Positions 53,658 to 63,577 are shown, counted from the stretch's first letter. The stretch is DNA of 64,000 bases from Paludibacteraceae bacterium (GCA_051878315.1 JBJEJW010000031.1:933-64932), one strand, 5' to 3'. The notes: generated by a model from the letters alone, not told the origin. Translations and numbers: made by a program.

Positions 53658-55634
53658 TCAGACTTTTTCTTTTATCAACCCGTGCTGATAGGCAAACAGC
53701 AGTTTATGAAGGTTGTTAACTTGTTCTACCAACTCTTTACCGCGGTCGGTGTCGCGCACCAACATACGATGTTCGCTTTTGTCTACCAATTGTACGCGGC
53801 TGTGTATGTCGGCGCCGGAGAGTACGGCTTGTGCACGGCTTTCAAATTTTTCGTGTTCTATCAACTGCATACCGTGGCTATTATATATTAGTGTGTAACC
53901 GGCTATGCCTGTCTGTTTTTGGTATGGTTTTGAGAAACCGCCGTCAATAACCAACCGCAAACCGTTGGCGCGTAGTGGCGATTCGCCTTCTAATGTGCGC
54001 ACCGGGATGTGTCCGTTGATGATGTGTGCTTCGGCAGGATCAAGACCAAACTCGCGCAGAATGTTGCAGCATGTTTCGTAGGTGTTGGCCAATTCGTAGT
54101 AGGCGCCTTTGGCTTCTTTGATGAGTTGTTTGTCGTTGATAAAGTAGCGTTCAAAGGTGGTCATCTTGTCTTTGTTGTACAGTGGTGAACAAGGACCGCA
54201 CCACAAATACCACATATAGTCCAATGCGTTTGTCTGCACGCACGAACCTTGTGGAGCATAGTAGGCTTTGCGGATTTCGGTGTCAATCTGGGTCATCAGG
54301 GCTTTGCCTTTCAAACGCTGTCCGTTGAGCATAACCTCTTGAAATGTACCGTCGGCATTGAGCGGTATGGCAGCATGGTACAAAAGGCAGTTATTGCGTA
54401 CCAAGTAGAGTGAACCGTGGTTATAGAGGCAACGCAGATGTTTTTGTAATTTTTCGGAACGCTGGAACGAGTGTGCCAATTGGTCGATGAGCGATTGCTC
54501 TTCGGGCGAGAGCGCATACGGATTTTTCGGGTCGAGTGTTGGTAAGTTGGTGTCTAATAGCGTGTATTCTTTGCCTGCGATGGTGATGATGCCACGTTCT
54601 TTGTCGATAAGGTGTAGCAGTAAACGGTCATTCATTTCGTACTCGGGATGACGTTGTATGATTTGTCCCTCCAACTTGAATTGAATGATACTTATGGCTT
54701 TGTGCATTTTGGCCATCAGATCGGCCGAACGTGTCAGACGCGGATTATTTTCGAAATCTTTGGTTTGAAAAACGCTGCATGGATCATCGCCGTAGGTGTG
54801 CATGGCAAAATTGGCCAATGGCAACAGATTGATGCTGTAGTCTTCTTCGAGTGTTTCAACGTTGGCGTAGCGTATCGATACGCGTAAAACGCTGGCTATC
54901 AATGCTAAATTACCGGCCGCTGCGCCCATCCATTCGATGTCGTGGTTGCCCCATTGTATGTCAAAATCGTGGTATGTGCAGAGTATCTCCATTATCTTGT
55001 AAGCGCGCGGACCGCGGTCGTAGATGTCGCCTACAATGTGTAACGAATCAATGGCCAAACTATGTATCAGATAACTGATGGCAATCAGTAAATCTTCGGC
55101 ACGGCCAGTGTTGATGATGGCTTCGATGATGGCGTTGTAGTAAGATTGACGGTTGGGCTCCGACGTCGATTCGTGCAGCAACTCTTCGATGACGTAGGCG
55201 AAATCTTTTGGCAGCAGTTTGCGCACTTTCGAACGGGTGTATTTCACTGTTACGGCGCGTGCTACGGCTATCACTTGCTGTAACTGTGTGCGATAAATCT
55301 CTTCTAAATTGATGTCGGGTAACGAGTGGTAGTATTCCAAACGTTCGTCGGGGTAGTAAATCATGGCACACAAGGCGCGTTTCTCTGCTTCAGACAACGT
55401 GTCGCCATAGATGTCGTCCACTTTTCGTCGGATTACACCCGACGCATTTTTCAACATGTGAATAAACGCTCCCGATTCACCATGTAAGTCCGATAAAAAA
55501 TGCTCGGTGCTTTTGGGCAGACTCAATATGGCTTCCAAGTTCACAATCTCGGTGGCTACGGCCGATATGTTCGGAAATTTTTCGGCCAACAATTTCAAAT
55601 AACGTTCGTCGGCTCTTACATCGTCGATAGACAT
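53658..55634 (-). CDS. fbp: Fructose-1,6-bisphosphatase, class 3
   Basis: 658 aa. The N-terminus is RYLKLLAEKFPNISAVATEIVNLEAILSLPK. The metallophosphoesterase motifs GDIYDRG and GNHD are present. The length is typical of class 3 FBPase. Confidence 0.9.
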   Translation of the reverse strand: MSIDDVRADERYLKLLAEKFPNISAVATEIVNLEAILSLPKSTEHFLSDLHGESGAFIHMLKNASGVIRRKVDDIYGDTLSEAEKRALCAMIYYPDERLEYYHSLPDINLEEIYRTQLQQVIAVARAVTVKYTRSKVRKLLPKDFAYVIEELLHESTSEPNRQSYYNAIIEAIINTGRAEDLLIAISYLIHSLAIDSLHIVGDIYDRGPRAYKIMEILCTYHDFDIQWGNHDIEWMGAAAGNLALIASVLRVSIRYANVETLEEDYSINLLPLANFAMHTYGDDPCSVFQTKDFENNPRLTRSADLMAKMHKAISIIQFKLEGQIIQRHPEYEMNDRLLLHLIDKERGIITIAGKEYTLLDTNLPTLDPKNPYALSPEEQSLIDQLAHSFQRSEKLQKHLRCLYNHGSLYLVRNNCLLYHAAIPLNADGTFQEVMLNGQRLKGKALMTQIDTEIRKAYYAPQGSCVQTNALDYMWYLWCGPCSPLYNKDKMTTFERYFINDKQLIKEAKGAYYELANTYETCCNILREFGLDPAEAHIINGHIPVRTLEGESPLRANGLRLVIDGGFSKPYQKQTGIAGYTLIYNSHGMQLIEHEKFESRAQAVLSGADIHSRVQLVDKSEHRMLVRDTDRGKELVEQVNNLHKLLFAYQHGLIKEKV

Positions 55635-55680
55635 AGTGTGGTAGTTAGATTTTTCAGGTTAACAAAAAATGTGTTTCGCA

Positions 55681-56106
55681 TTACTGTTTTTTCAGCAAAA
55701 GGGTGTTTATCCATTCTACCAATTGCTCTTTTGGTTGCAACCCTTGTGCTATGCGTGGTGCTTCGCCCATCGGACAAAACAGCAGAGTGGGTATGCTGTG
55801 AATGCCGAAAGCGTTGGCCAAATCGCGTTCGCGTTCGGTATCTACCTTATATATATATATTTCTCCTTTATATTCTTGCGACAATTCTTCCAATATCGGA
55901 GCCAAACGCTTGCACGGACCACACCAAGTGGTGTAAAAATCGATGATGCAAGGCTTGTCGCCCAAATAGTTCCAAGAAGTCGGATTGGCTTGGTAATTGT
56001 CCACTTTTTTCAAAAAATCAGCAGTTGTTAAATACTGCGTTTGTGCAGATGCCACGGTTGCAAAACACAGAATGCTAACTGTTACAAAGAGATGTTTTAA
56101 GTTCAT
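55681..56106 (-). CDS. Secreted thioredoxin-family protein
   Basis: 141 aa with a signal peptide and the WCGPC active site. Confidence 0.85.
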   Translation of the reverse strand: MNLKHLFVTVSILCFATVASAQTQYLTTADFLKKVDNYQANPTSWNYLGDKPCIIDFYTTWCGPCKRLAPILEELSQEYKGEIYIYKVDTERERDLANAFGIHSIPTLLFCPMGEAPRIAQGLQPKEQLVEWINTLLLKKQ

Positions 56107-56220
56107 GTTGATATTGTTTATGAGTGATTATAACTATGCAAAAATACAATTTTTTTTGCAAAAAAGGTAACGTTTTGGCAAAATCGTGCGAAAAAAGTAT
56201 GTCAACCGATAAAAAAAACG

Positions 56221-56228
56221 TAAATTTG
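56221..56228 (+). promoter_or_regulatory. -7 promoter box TAAATTTG
   Basis: Lies 32 nt upstream of the ATG at 56261. Confidence 0.45.
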
Positions 56229-56260
56229 CAACATCTTTTAGAGCAATACCACTTTGCACG

Positions 56261-57682
56261 ATGATGGAATTCCCCTTATATCAACACACTTTCGGCGTGT
56301 GTCCCGACAAGGTCGAGCCGTTGCCGCAGTCGGGCAGTAATCGACGCTATTTTCGCCTGCATGGCAAACCGTCCGTCTGCATTGCGGTGGTGGGCGAGTC
56401 ATTGGCCGAAAATCGCGCTTTTGTACTCTTGGCGCGGCATTTCAAGGCACAAGGTCTGCCCGTCCCCGAAATTTACGCCTGTACCGACGATTTCGCCTGT
56501 TATTTGCAGGAGGATTTGGGTGCGGTGTCGTTGTACGATGCCTTGCAGCATGGGCGCGAAACAGGTTCGTATTCGGACGATGAAATAGCCTTGTTGCACA
56601 AAACGATGGCTTTATTGCCGAAAGTGCAGTTTCGCGGGGCCGAACGGCTCGATTTCTCGGTTTGCTATCCGCAACCGGCGTTCGATGCGCGCATGGTGGC
56701 TTTTGACCTCAACTATTTCAAATACTGTTTTTTGAAAACGCTTAGCATTGCATTCGACGAACTTCGTTTGCAGGACGATTTTGATGCGATGACACGTCAT
56801 TTGCTCCAATATCAGTCTGATACGTTTCTTTATCGTGATTTCCAAGCACGCAATGTGATGCTGAAAAATGGCGAACCTTATCTGATTGATTTTCAGGGTG
56901 GTCGCCGTGGCCCGATTTATTACGATGTCGCATCGTTTTTGTGGCAGGCCAAAGCCGCATATTCCGACGATTTGCGTAATGCGCTGATTGATACATATTT
57001 GCAAGCATTACAACCTTATCGGGCAGTGTCTAAAAAGGAATTTATGTCGGCGTTGCGACATTTTGTATTGTTCCGCACGCTGCAAGTACTTGGCGCATAC
57101 GGCTTTCGTGGAAATTTTGAGCGAAAATTGCATTTTCGGCAAAGCATTCCGTTTGCAGTTGACAATTTGCGAGCACTGCTGTTGCGACCGTTTGACGAAT
57201 ACCCATATTTGACCGAACTTTTGCGAACGCTGACACAGTTGCCCGCCGTGCAACATGCTGAACCGTCGGTGTCACGGCAACGGTTGTTGGTGCGAATTTT
57301 CAGTTTCTCGTATAAAAAGGGTGTCCCCGACGATGTTTCCGGCAATGGCGGCGGTTATGTATTCGATTGTCGCGCGACGCACAATCCCGGACGCTATGCC
57401 GCCTATAAAACATTGACAGGATTGGATGCACCGGTCATCAAATTTTTGGAAGACGACGGCGAAATACTCCCTTTTCTGAATCATATTTACGCTTTGGCCG
57501 ATGCGCATGTGGCGCGCTACATCGAACGTGGTTTTACCGATTTGATGTTTGCTTTTGGTTGTACCGGCGGACAACATCGCTCGGTCTATTGCGCTGAACA
57601 TTTGGCCGAACATCTACACCAAAAATTCGATGTCGATATTCGTCTCGAACATCGTGAACAACATATCGTGCGCATCTTGTAA
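56261..57682 (+). CDS. Fusion protein: AmgK-like anomeric sugar kinase (APH fold) plus a RapZ C-terminal-like domain
   Basis: 473 aa. Residues ~1-330 show GSNRRYFRL and LYRDFQARNVML...LIDFQGGRRGPIYYDVASFL, which are phosphotransferase Brenner/DFQ motifs as in AmgK. Residues ~341-473 show IFSFSYKKGVP...YVFDCRATHNPGRY...LTGLD...AFGCTGGQHRSVYCAEHLA, which is the RapZ C-domain signature. Confidence 0.7.
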   Translation: MMEFPLYQHTFGVCPDKVEPLPQSGSNRRYFRLHGKPSVCIAVVGESLAENRAFVLLARHFKAQGLPVPEIYACTDDFACYLQEDLGAVSLYDALQHGRETGSYSDDEIALLHKTMALLPKVQFRGAERLDFSVCYPQPAFDARMVAFDLNYFKYCFLKTLSIAFDELRLQDDFDAMTRHLLQYQSDTFLYRDFQARNVMLKNGEPYLIDFQGGRRGPIYYDVASFLWQAKAAYSDDLRNALIDTYLQALQPYRAVSKKEFMSALRHFVLFRTLQVLGAYGFRGNFERKLHFRQSIPFAVDNLRALLLRPFDEYPYLTELLRTLTQLPAVQHAEPSVSRQRLLVRIFSFSYKKGVPDDVSGNGGGYVFDCRATHNPGRYAAYKTLTGLDAPVIKFLEDDGEILPFLNHIYALADAHVARYIERGFTDLMFAFGCTGGQHRSVYCAEHLAEHLHQKFDVDIRLEHREQHIVRIL

Positions 57683-57699
57683 AAACGCTTTTTCCTGCT

Positions 57700-58440
57700 A
57701 TGAAATGTATGATTTTTGCCGCCGGACTTGGCACGCGTCTGAAACCTCTAACCGATACGATGCCCAAAGCATTAGTCCCTGTGTGTGGTCGTCCGTTGCT
57801 CGATTTGTTGCTGCACAAGGTGGCTGCTGCCGGATTCGACGAGGCAGTCGTCAATGTGCATCACTTCGCATCACAAATCATCGATTTTGTACACACACAC
57901 GACTATGGCATGCCTGTCGGTATCTCCGACGAGAGCCAACTTCTGCTCGAAACGGGCGGCGGCATCAAAAAGGCAGCGTCGTTGTTGGGCACGAAAACAC
58001 CTTTTTTGGTACACAACGTCGATATTCTGTCAAATCTTAATCTGGCGGCATTCTATCATTTGCATCAGCCTACCGATTTGGCTACACTTTTGGTCAGCGA
58101 ACGTCCGACAACGCGTTATCTGCTGTTCGACAACGACAATCGGCTTTGTGGCTGGACCAATGTGCAAACCGGCGAGATCAAATCGCCTTATCCGAATCTT
58201 GACCCTGCGACTTGCGTCAAACGTGCATTTGCCGGCATACATGTGCTGTCGCCTCAGGTTTTCGCACTGATGCAACCATGGCAAGGCCGATTTTCGATTA
58301 TTGATTTCTACCTATCGGTATGTAGCTCTTATACCATTCGTGCTGTCGAAATGCCCGGTTTACAGTTGTTGGATGTCGGCAAAGTCGATTCGTTGCATGC
58401 TGCCGAGCAATTTTTATACAACCAAACACAATATGATTGA
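57700..58440 (+). CDS. Sugar-1-phosphate nucleotidyltransferase (MurU-like)
   Basis: 246 aa. The N-terminus MIFAAGLGTRLKPLTDTMPKALVPV carries the GxGTRL motif. It lies 17 nt after the kinase gene. Confidence 0.7.
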   Translation: MKCMIFAAGLGTRLKPLTDTMPKALVPVCGRPLLDLLLHKVAAAGFDEAVVNVHHFASQIIDFVHTHDYGMPVGISDESQLLLETGGGIKKAASLLGTKTPFLVHNVDILSNLNLAAFYHLHQPTDLATLLVSERPTTRYLLFDNDNRLCGWTNVQTGEIKSPYPNLDPATCVKRAFAGIHVLSPQVFALMQPWQGRFSIIDFYLSVCSSYTIRAVEMPGLQLLDVGKVDSLHAAEQFLYNQTQYD

Positions 58441-59206
58441 TACACATTCGCACATCTACAGCCAAGAGTTTGATGACGACCGTGTCGCAGTTGTCGCTGC
58501 TGCCAAAACTGCCGGAATCGAACGCATACTCTTGGCCAACGAAGACCTCAACAGCATCGACCGTTTGCATCAAACCCACGATGCCTTTCCCGATTTTTGC
58601 GCCATGGCTATGGGTTTGCACCCCGAAAGTGTCGATGCCGATTATCAGAGCACGTTACAGCAAATAGGCGACGAACTTGCACGCGGGAACTATTGTGCCA
58701 TCGGCGAAATAGGCCTCGACCTTTATTGGGATACTACCTACCGCGACGAACAACGCCAAGCGCTCGAACAGCAACTCGATTGGGCATTGACATTCGACTT
58801 GCCTGTGATATTGCATGTACGTAAGGCTTTCCCCGAAATGTTTGCTTCGTTGGCGCGCTTCAAAGGCAAACCGCTACGTGGCGTTTTTCACTGTTTCGGT
58901 GGCGGAGTAGAGGAGGCGCGTAAAGCCGTGTCGTTAGGGTTTGTATTAGGTGTAGGCGGTGTTTTTACTTACAAAAATAGTGGCTTGCCCGACATTTTGC
59001 GTCCAATCGGTCTGCAGCATTTGGTGTTGGAAACCGACGCACCTTTTCTCGCACCCGTACCGCATCGCGGACAGCGCAACGAACCGCAATTCATGGTTGA
59101 GGTCGCACGCAAAATGGCCGAAATTTTCGACACATCGCTCGAAAAAGTTGACGAAATAACCACGAAAAATGCTGAAAAATTGTTTATGTTCGACCAAACG
59201 GCATGA
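58433..59206 (+). CDS. TatD-family metal-dependent hydrolase
   Basis: Start re-picked to MIDTHSHIY, overlapping the upstream gene by 8 nt. The motifs EIGLD, HVR, FHCF and ETDAPFL are present. Confidence 0.88.
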   Translation: MIDTHSHIYSQEFDDDRVAVVAAAKTAGIERILLANEDLNSIDRLHQTHDAFPDFCAMAMGLHPESVDADYQSTLQQIGDELARGNYCAIGEIGLDLYWDTTYRDEQRQALEQQLDWALTFDLPVILHVRKAFPEMFASLARFKGKPLRGVFHCFGGGVEEARKAVSLGFVLGVGGVFTYKNSGLPDILRPIGLQHLVLETDAPFLAPVPHRGQRNEPQFMVEVARKMAEIFDTSLEKVDEITTKNAEKLFMFDQTA

Positions 59207-59372
59207 AAATAATCAATAAAAAAACAGCGCTCCGTGTTGAAAATCAGAATTTTATAAACAAAATAATGTCCAACGCAAAAAAAAACATTTAAGGCACTGC
59301 TGTTTGAGAAAAAATTAGTAAATTGCGGCCGAATTTGCAAACGTCTTGTGCCGTTTGACGAAACAGACACAA

Positions 59373-59460
59373 GGAAAGGTGCTCGAGTGGTTGAAGAGGC
59401 ACGCCTGGAAAGCGTGTATACGTCAAAAGCGTATCAGGGGTTCGAATCCCCTTCTTTCCG
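59373..59460 (+). tRNA. tRNA-Ser (anticodon GGA)
   Basis: The sequence is GGAAAGGTGCTCGAGTGGTTGAAGAGGCACGCCTGGAAAGCGTGTATACGTCAAAAGCGTATCAGGGGTTCGAATCCCCTTCTTTCCG. It has anticodon loop CTGGAAA and a long variable arm. No CCA is encoded. Confidence 0.92.
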
Positions 59461-59506
59461 CAATAATTTCTTAAATCACAAAATTATTAACTAAAAACAC
59501 AAAAAA

Positions 59507-60316
59507 ATGAAAAAAGTATTTTCAATGTTGACGCTTGTGGCCGTATTCTTTTTCGGAACTGCCACAGTGGCCGTGGCTGAAGACGCTCCTGCAGCAGAAG
59601 CCGTAGTAGAAGAAGTGGCCGCAGAAGAAAGTGTAGTTGCCGAAGAGGTAGTTGCCGACGAAGTCGTAACCGAAGAAGTCGGTATGCACCAAGCACTCAA
59701 AACCAAATTCATCGAAGGCGGTGCAGGCTTTATGTCCACAGTGGCTTTCTGCTTGATTTTGGGTTTGGCTCTTTGCGTTGAACGCATTATCTATTTGGGA
59801 CTTGCCTCTGTCGATTCCAAAAAATTACTCCAAAACGTGCGCGATGCATGGGATCAAGGCGGTGTAGAGGCTGCTATGGAAGTGTGCCGCAATACACGCG
59901 GACCGGTTGCTTCGATCTTCTATCAAGGCTTGTCGCGTTACAACGAAGGTGTCGAAACTGTTGACAAAACCGTCGCATCGTACGGCTCGGTACAACAAGG
60001 TTTGTTGGAAAAAAATCTGTCGTGGATTTCGTTGTTCATTGCATTGGCTCCAATGTTGGGCTTCATGGGTACCGTTATCGGTATGATTGAGGCTTTCGAC
60101 AAAATTCAACAAGCAGGCGACATCTCGGCAACCATCGTAGCCGGCGGTATCAAAGTGGCGTTGTTGACCACCGTGTTTGGTCTTATCGTTGCTATCATTC
60201 TGCAAATTTTCTACAACTACATCTTGTCGCGCATCGATGCTCTCGTTAACGATATGGAAGATGCTTCGATTTCGTTGCTCGATATCGTAGTCGAGAAAAC
60301 CAAGGTCGCAGAATAA
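59507..60316 (+). CDS. exbB: MotA/TolQ/ExbB proton-channel protein with an acidic N-terminal extension
   Basis: 269 aa. A signal peptide is followed by AEDAPAAEAVVEEVAAEESVVAEEVVADEVVTEEVG. The core contains APMLGFMGTVIGMIEAF. Confidence 0.85.
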   Translation: MKKVFSMLTLVAVFFFGTATVAVAEDAPAAEAVVEEVAAEESVVAEEVVADEVVTEEVGMHQALKTKFIEGGAGFMSTVAFCLILGLALCVERIIYLGLASVDSKKLLQNVRDAWDQGGVEAAMEVCRNTRGPVASIFYQGLSRYNEGVETVDKTVASYGSVQQGLLEKNLSWISLFIALAPMLGFMGTVIGMIEAFDKIQQAGDISATIVAGGIKVALLTTVFGLIVAIILQIFYNYILSRIDALVNDMEDASISLLDIVVEKTKVAE

Positions 60317-60353
60317 TAAATAGAACAAGGTAACCACTCTTAAAAAAAAAGTT

Positions 60354-60824
60354 ATGTCTAAATTTTTGGAAAAACTACCTAAAATAACCCTGTGGTGCTT
60401 GTTCGGCATCTCCGTGGTGATAGGCGTGCTGTTCTTCGTAGGAGGCAGTTCGGTTGTCGAAATCAACGGAAATCCGTGGGACGAGCCGGTGTTTACCGAT
60501 GTGCTGATAAAATGGGCATACGTTCTCTTTGGATTGGCTGCAGTGGTTTGGGTATATTCGTTAATACGTTTCGACCAATCGGTTGTCGTCAAACATCGTG
60601 GCGGCGTTACGATTTTGGACATTTTGGTTATCAGCGCAGTCGTTTTTGGCATAGCGTATGCCTGTGGCAGCGCGGCCGAAGTGCCGATTTACGGCTACGA
60701 AGGCAATGATAACGTCGGATTTTGGGCACGCTACACCGATGCCTGCGTTCTCTCGGCTTACATTATGGCCGGCGCTGCTATCTTGAGTGTAATATGCTCG
60801 TTCTTTTTGAAAAAAATTAAGTAA
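60354..60824 (+). CDS. Small integral membrane protein of the ExbB/ExbD cluster, unknown function
   Basis: 156 aa with four hydrophobic segments. It sits between exbB and exbD. Confidence 0.5.
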   Translation: MSKFLEKLPKITLWCLFGISVVIGVLFFVGGSSVVEINGNPWDEPVFTDVLIKWAYVLFGLAAVVWVYSLIRFDQSVVVKHRGGVTILDILVISAVVFGIAYACGSAAEVPIYGYEGNDNVGFWARYTDACVLSAYIMAGAAILSVICSFFLKKIK

Positions 60825-60887
60825 CAACCGCATACAACACCGTGCGTTTCGATAAACAAACGGTTTTGTAAATTAGAGAAAAAGAAT

Positions 60888-61481
60888 ATGGGAAAACGTA
60901 AAGTTCAGGAAATCAATGCAAGCTCAATGGCCGACATTGCCTTTCTGCTCCTCATTTTCTTCCTTGTAACCACCACAATGTCGGTTGACAAAGGACTTTC
61001 GCGTCGTTTGCCACCGCCGTTACCTCCGAATATGGAGAAACCGGATACCGACGTCAAAAAACGTAATATTTTCATTGTGTTGGTCAACAGCAACAACCAA
61101 CTGCTCGTGCAAGGCGAAGCATTGGATGTAAAACAGTTGCGCGAAAAAGCCAAGGAATTTATCAAAAATGAGGCTGCAGATGCTTCGTTGCCCGAAGTGT
61201 TGCCTATAGAGGTGGAAATCGATGGCGTGACGGAGCAGGTGATGACAACCAAGAATCACATCATCTCGTTGCAAAACGACCGCGGTACGCAATATCAGCG
61301 CTACATCGAAGTGCAAAACGAACTTGTGGCCGCCTACAACGAGTTACGCGATGAATATTCCAAAGGACGTTTCGGTATGTCGTATGCCGAATTGAGCGAA
61401 GACCGTCAAAAAGCGGTACAGAAAATCTATCCGCAGAAGATTTCGGAGGCTGAACCTAAAAACTATGGAGGGAAAAAATAA
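60888..61481 (+). CDS. exbD: ExbD/TolR biopolymer transport protein
   Basis: 197 aa. EINASSMADIAFLLLIFFLVTTTM is the ExbD N-terminal TM signature. Confidence 0.8.
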   Translation: MGKRKVQEINASSMADIAFLLLIFFLVTTTMSVDKGLSRRLPPPLPPNMEKPDTDVKKRNIFIVLVNSNNQLLVQGEALDVKQLREKAKEFIKNEAADASLPEVLPIEVEIDGVTEQVMTTKNHIISLQNDRGTQYQRYIEVQNELVAAYNELRDEYSKGRFGMSYAELSEDRQKAVQKIYPQKISEAEPKNYGGKK

Positions 61482-61951
61482 TGGCAAAAATTCGTAAAGC
61501 AGGCAAAAAAGACGTACCGGCCATATCGACCGCGTCGCTGCCGGATATTATTTTCATGCTGTTGTTTTTCTTCATGGTGTCAACTTCGATGAAAGAGGTT
61601 ACATACAAGGTTGATATTCATGTACCGGAAGCAACGGAATTGCAATCGTTGGAGAAAAAATCGTTGGTACGCTACATCTATATCGGCGAGCCAAAGAGAG
61701 AATTTCGTGGTAAATACGGTAGCGAAACACGCATTCAGTTGGATGACGCTTTTGCTGATGTATCGCAATTGGAAGAATATGTGGTGCGCGAACGCGAAGC
61801 CATGAAAGAAGACGAACAGAACTTGCTCACCATTTCGATAAAAGCCGATAAGGACACGAAAATGGGCATCGTAACCGATGTGAAACAGGCTCTGCGCCGT
61901 GCATACGCCTTGAAAGTCAATTACGCCGCTACACAACGCAGCGAATATTGA
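61481..61951 (+). CDS. exbD: ExbD/TolR biopolymer transport protein (second copy)
   Basis: 156 aa with ISTASLPDIIFMLLFFFMVST. Its start overlaps the previous stop (TAATG). Confidence 0.8.
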   Translation: MAKIRKAGKKDVPAISTASLPDIIFMLLFFFMVSTSMKEVTYKVDIHVPEATELQSLEKKSLVRYIYIGEPKREFRGKYGSETRIQLDDAFADVSQLEEYVVREREAMKEDEQNLLTISIKADKDTKMGIVTDVKQALRRAYALKVNYAATQRSEY

Positions 61952-62051
61952 TAGATAAGCGGAATAATTCAAACACGTTAAAAAATCCGTGCCGATGTGA
62001 TTGGTGCGGATTTTTTTGTATATTTGCAGACGAGAAATAAAACAAAAAACT

Positions 62052-62792
62052 ATGTTGGGACTTGATGCTGCAGGCCGATATGCGCTACTGATGAAACGCA
62101 CTTTTTCGCGGCCGGATAATTGGAAAATGTTTTGGCGACAGTTGCCACGCGAAATCATCAAACTTGGCTACGATTCCATTTTCCTGATACTGATTATTTC
62201 CGTCTTTATGGGCGTGATAATGACGATGCAGGTGGTGTTGAATACCGAGAATCCGCTGTTGCCGCGTTACACCACGGGATTGATGTTGCGCGATACCTAT
62301 CTGTTGGAATTCTCGTCAACCATCATGTGCCTGTTGCTGGCCGGCAAAGTCGGGTCGAACATCGCGTCGGAAATCGGTTCGATGCGCGTGTCCGAACAGA
62401 TAGATGCGCTCGAAATAATGGGTGTCAATTCGGCCAACTACCTGATTTTACCGAAAATCGTTGGTTTGGTGCTGTTTATGCCGGTGCTGGTAACGCTGTG
62501 TGTTGCCATCGGTTTGTTGGGCGGCGTGGGTGTAGCGCGATTTACCGATATGATAACGATGGACGATTTTGTGTATGGATTGCAGTATGCGTTCATTCCG
62601 TTTTATTTTACATACAGTATGATTAAATCCATCTTTTTTGGATTTGTTATTTCCTCTGTATCAGCGTATTATGGTTATTATGCCTATGGTGGAGCCCTCG
62701 AAGTAGGGCGCGCAAGCACTAATGCCGTAGTCAATAGTAGCATCATCATGTTGTTGGCCGACATTGTGCTGACGCAGTTGATGTTGAATTAA
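62052..62792 (+). CDS. mlaE: MlaE-family ABC transporter permease
   Basis: Start re-picked to MLGLDAAGRY. SEIGSMRVSEQIDALEIMGVN is the MlaE/Ttg2B signature. Confidence 0.8.
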   Translation: MLGLDAAGRYALLMKRTFSRPDNWKMFWRQLPREIIKLGYDSIFLILIISVFMGVIMTMQVVLNTENPLLPRYTTGLMLRDTYLLEFSSTIMCLLLAGKVGSNIASEIGSMRVSEQIDALEIMGVNSANYLILPKIVGLVLFMPVLVTLCVAIGLLGGVGVARFTDMITMDDFVYGLQYAFIPFYFTYSMIKSIFFGFVISSVSAYYGYYAYGGALEVGRASTNAVVNSSIIMLLADIVLTQLMLN

Positions 62793-62815
62793 CAAAAAAC
62801 AAGGAGGAACGCACT

Positions 62816-63577
62816 ATGATTGAGGTTCGGAATTTGAATAAATCGTTTGACGAGAAACAGGTGCTTTACGACATTTCGGCGGTATTTATGCACGGTCAGG
62901 TCAATCAGATAATCGGACAAAGCGGTTCGGGCAAAACCGTGTTGATGAAGAGCATTATCGGGTTGTTTCGTGCCGAATCGGGCGAGGTATTGTACGATGG
63001 ACGTAACTTATCGAATATGAGCGAGAAAGAGGTGAAAGCGTTGCGGCGCGAGGTGGGTATGTTGTTTCAAGGATCTGCTTTATTCGATTCTATATCGGTG
63101 CTCGAAAACGTGATGTTTCCACTCGAGATGTTTGCCAATATGACTAAGGCCGAGATGGAGCGTCGTGCCGTGTTTTGTCTTGAGCGCGTCGATTTGAAGC
63201 CGACGGCTTTTCATCTGTCGCCATCGGAGATTTCGGGCGGTATGCAGAAACGTGTGGCCATAGCGCGTGCCATTGCGCTGAATCCGAAATATCTGTTTTG
63301 CGATGAACCAAATTCGGGGCTCGATCCGGTAACGTCGTTAGTCATCGACAAACTGATTCAGGACATCACGCACGAGTTCAATATCACTACCATTGTCAAT
63401 ACGCACGATATGAATTCGATAATGGAAACCGGCGAAAATATCTTGTTGATAGACAAGGGACATGTGGGTTGGATTGGCTCCAAAGATACGATTTTTACAG
63501 CCGAGAACGAGGCATTGGAACATTTTGTGTTTGCATCGGAGTTGTACAAACAGGTAAAAGCAGTGATGGTGCATTGA
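62816..63577 (+). CDS. ABC transporter ATP-binding protein (MlaF-like)
   Basis: 253 aa. Walker A is GQSGSGKT, the signature is ISGGMQKRVAIARA, and Walker B is LFCDEP. Confidence 0.85.
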   Translation: MIEVRNLNKSFDEKQVLYDISAVFMHGQVNQIIGQSGSGKTVLMKSIIGLFRAESGEVLYDGRNLSNMSEKEVKALRREVGMLFQGSALFDSISVLENVMFPLEMFANMTKAEMERRAVFCLERVDLKPTAFHLSPSEISGGMQKRVAIARAIALNPKYLFCDEPNSGLDPVTSLVIDKLIQDITHEFNITTIVNTHDMNSIMETGENILLIDKGHVGWIGSKDTIFTAENEALEHFVFASELYKQVKAVMVH

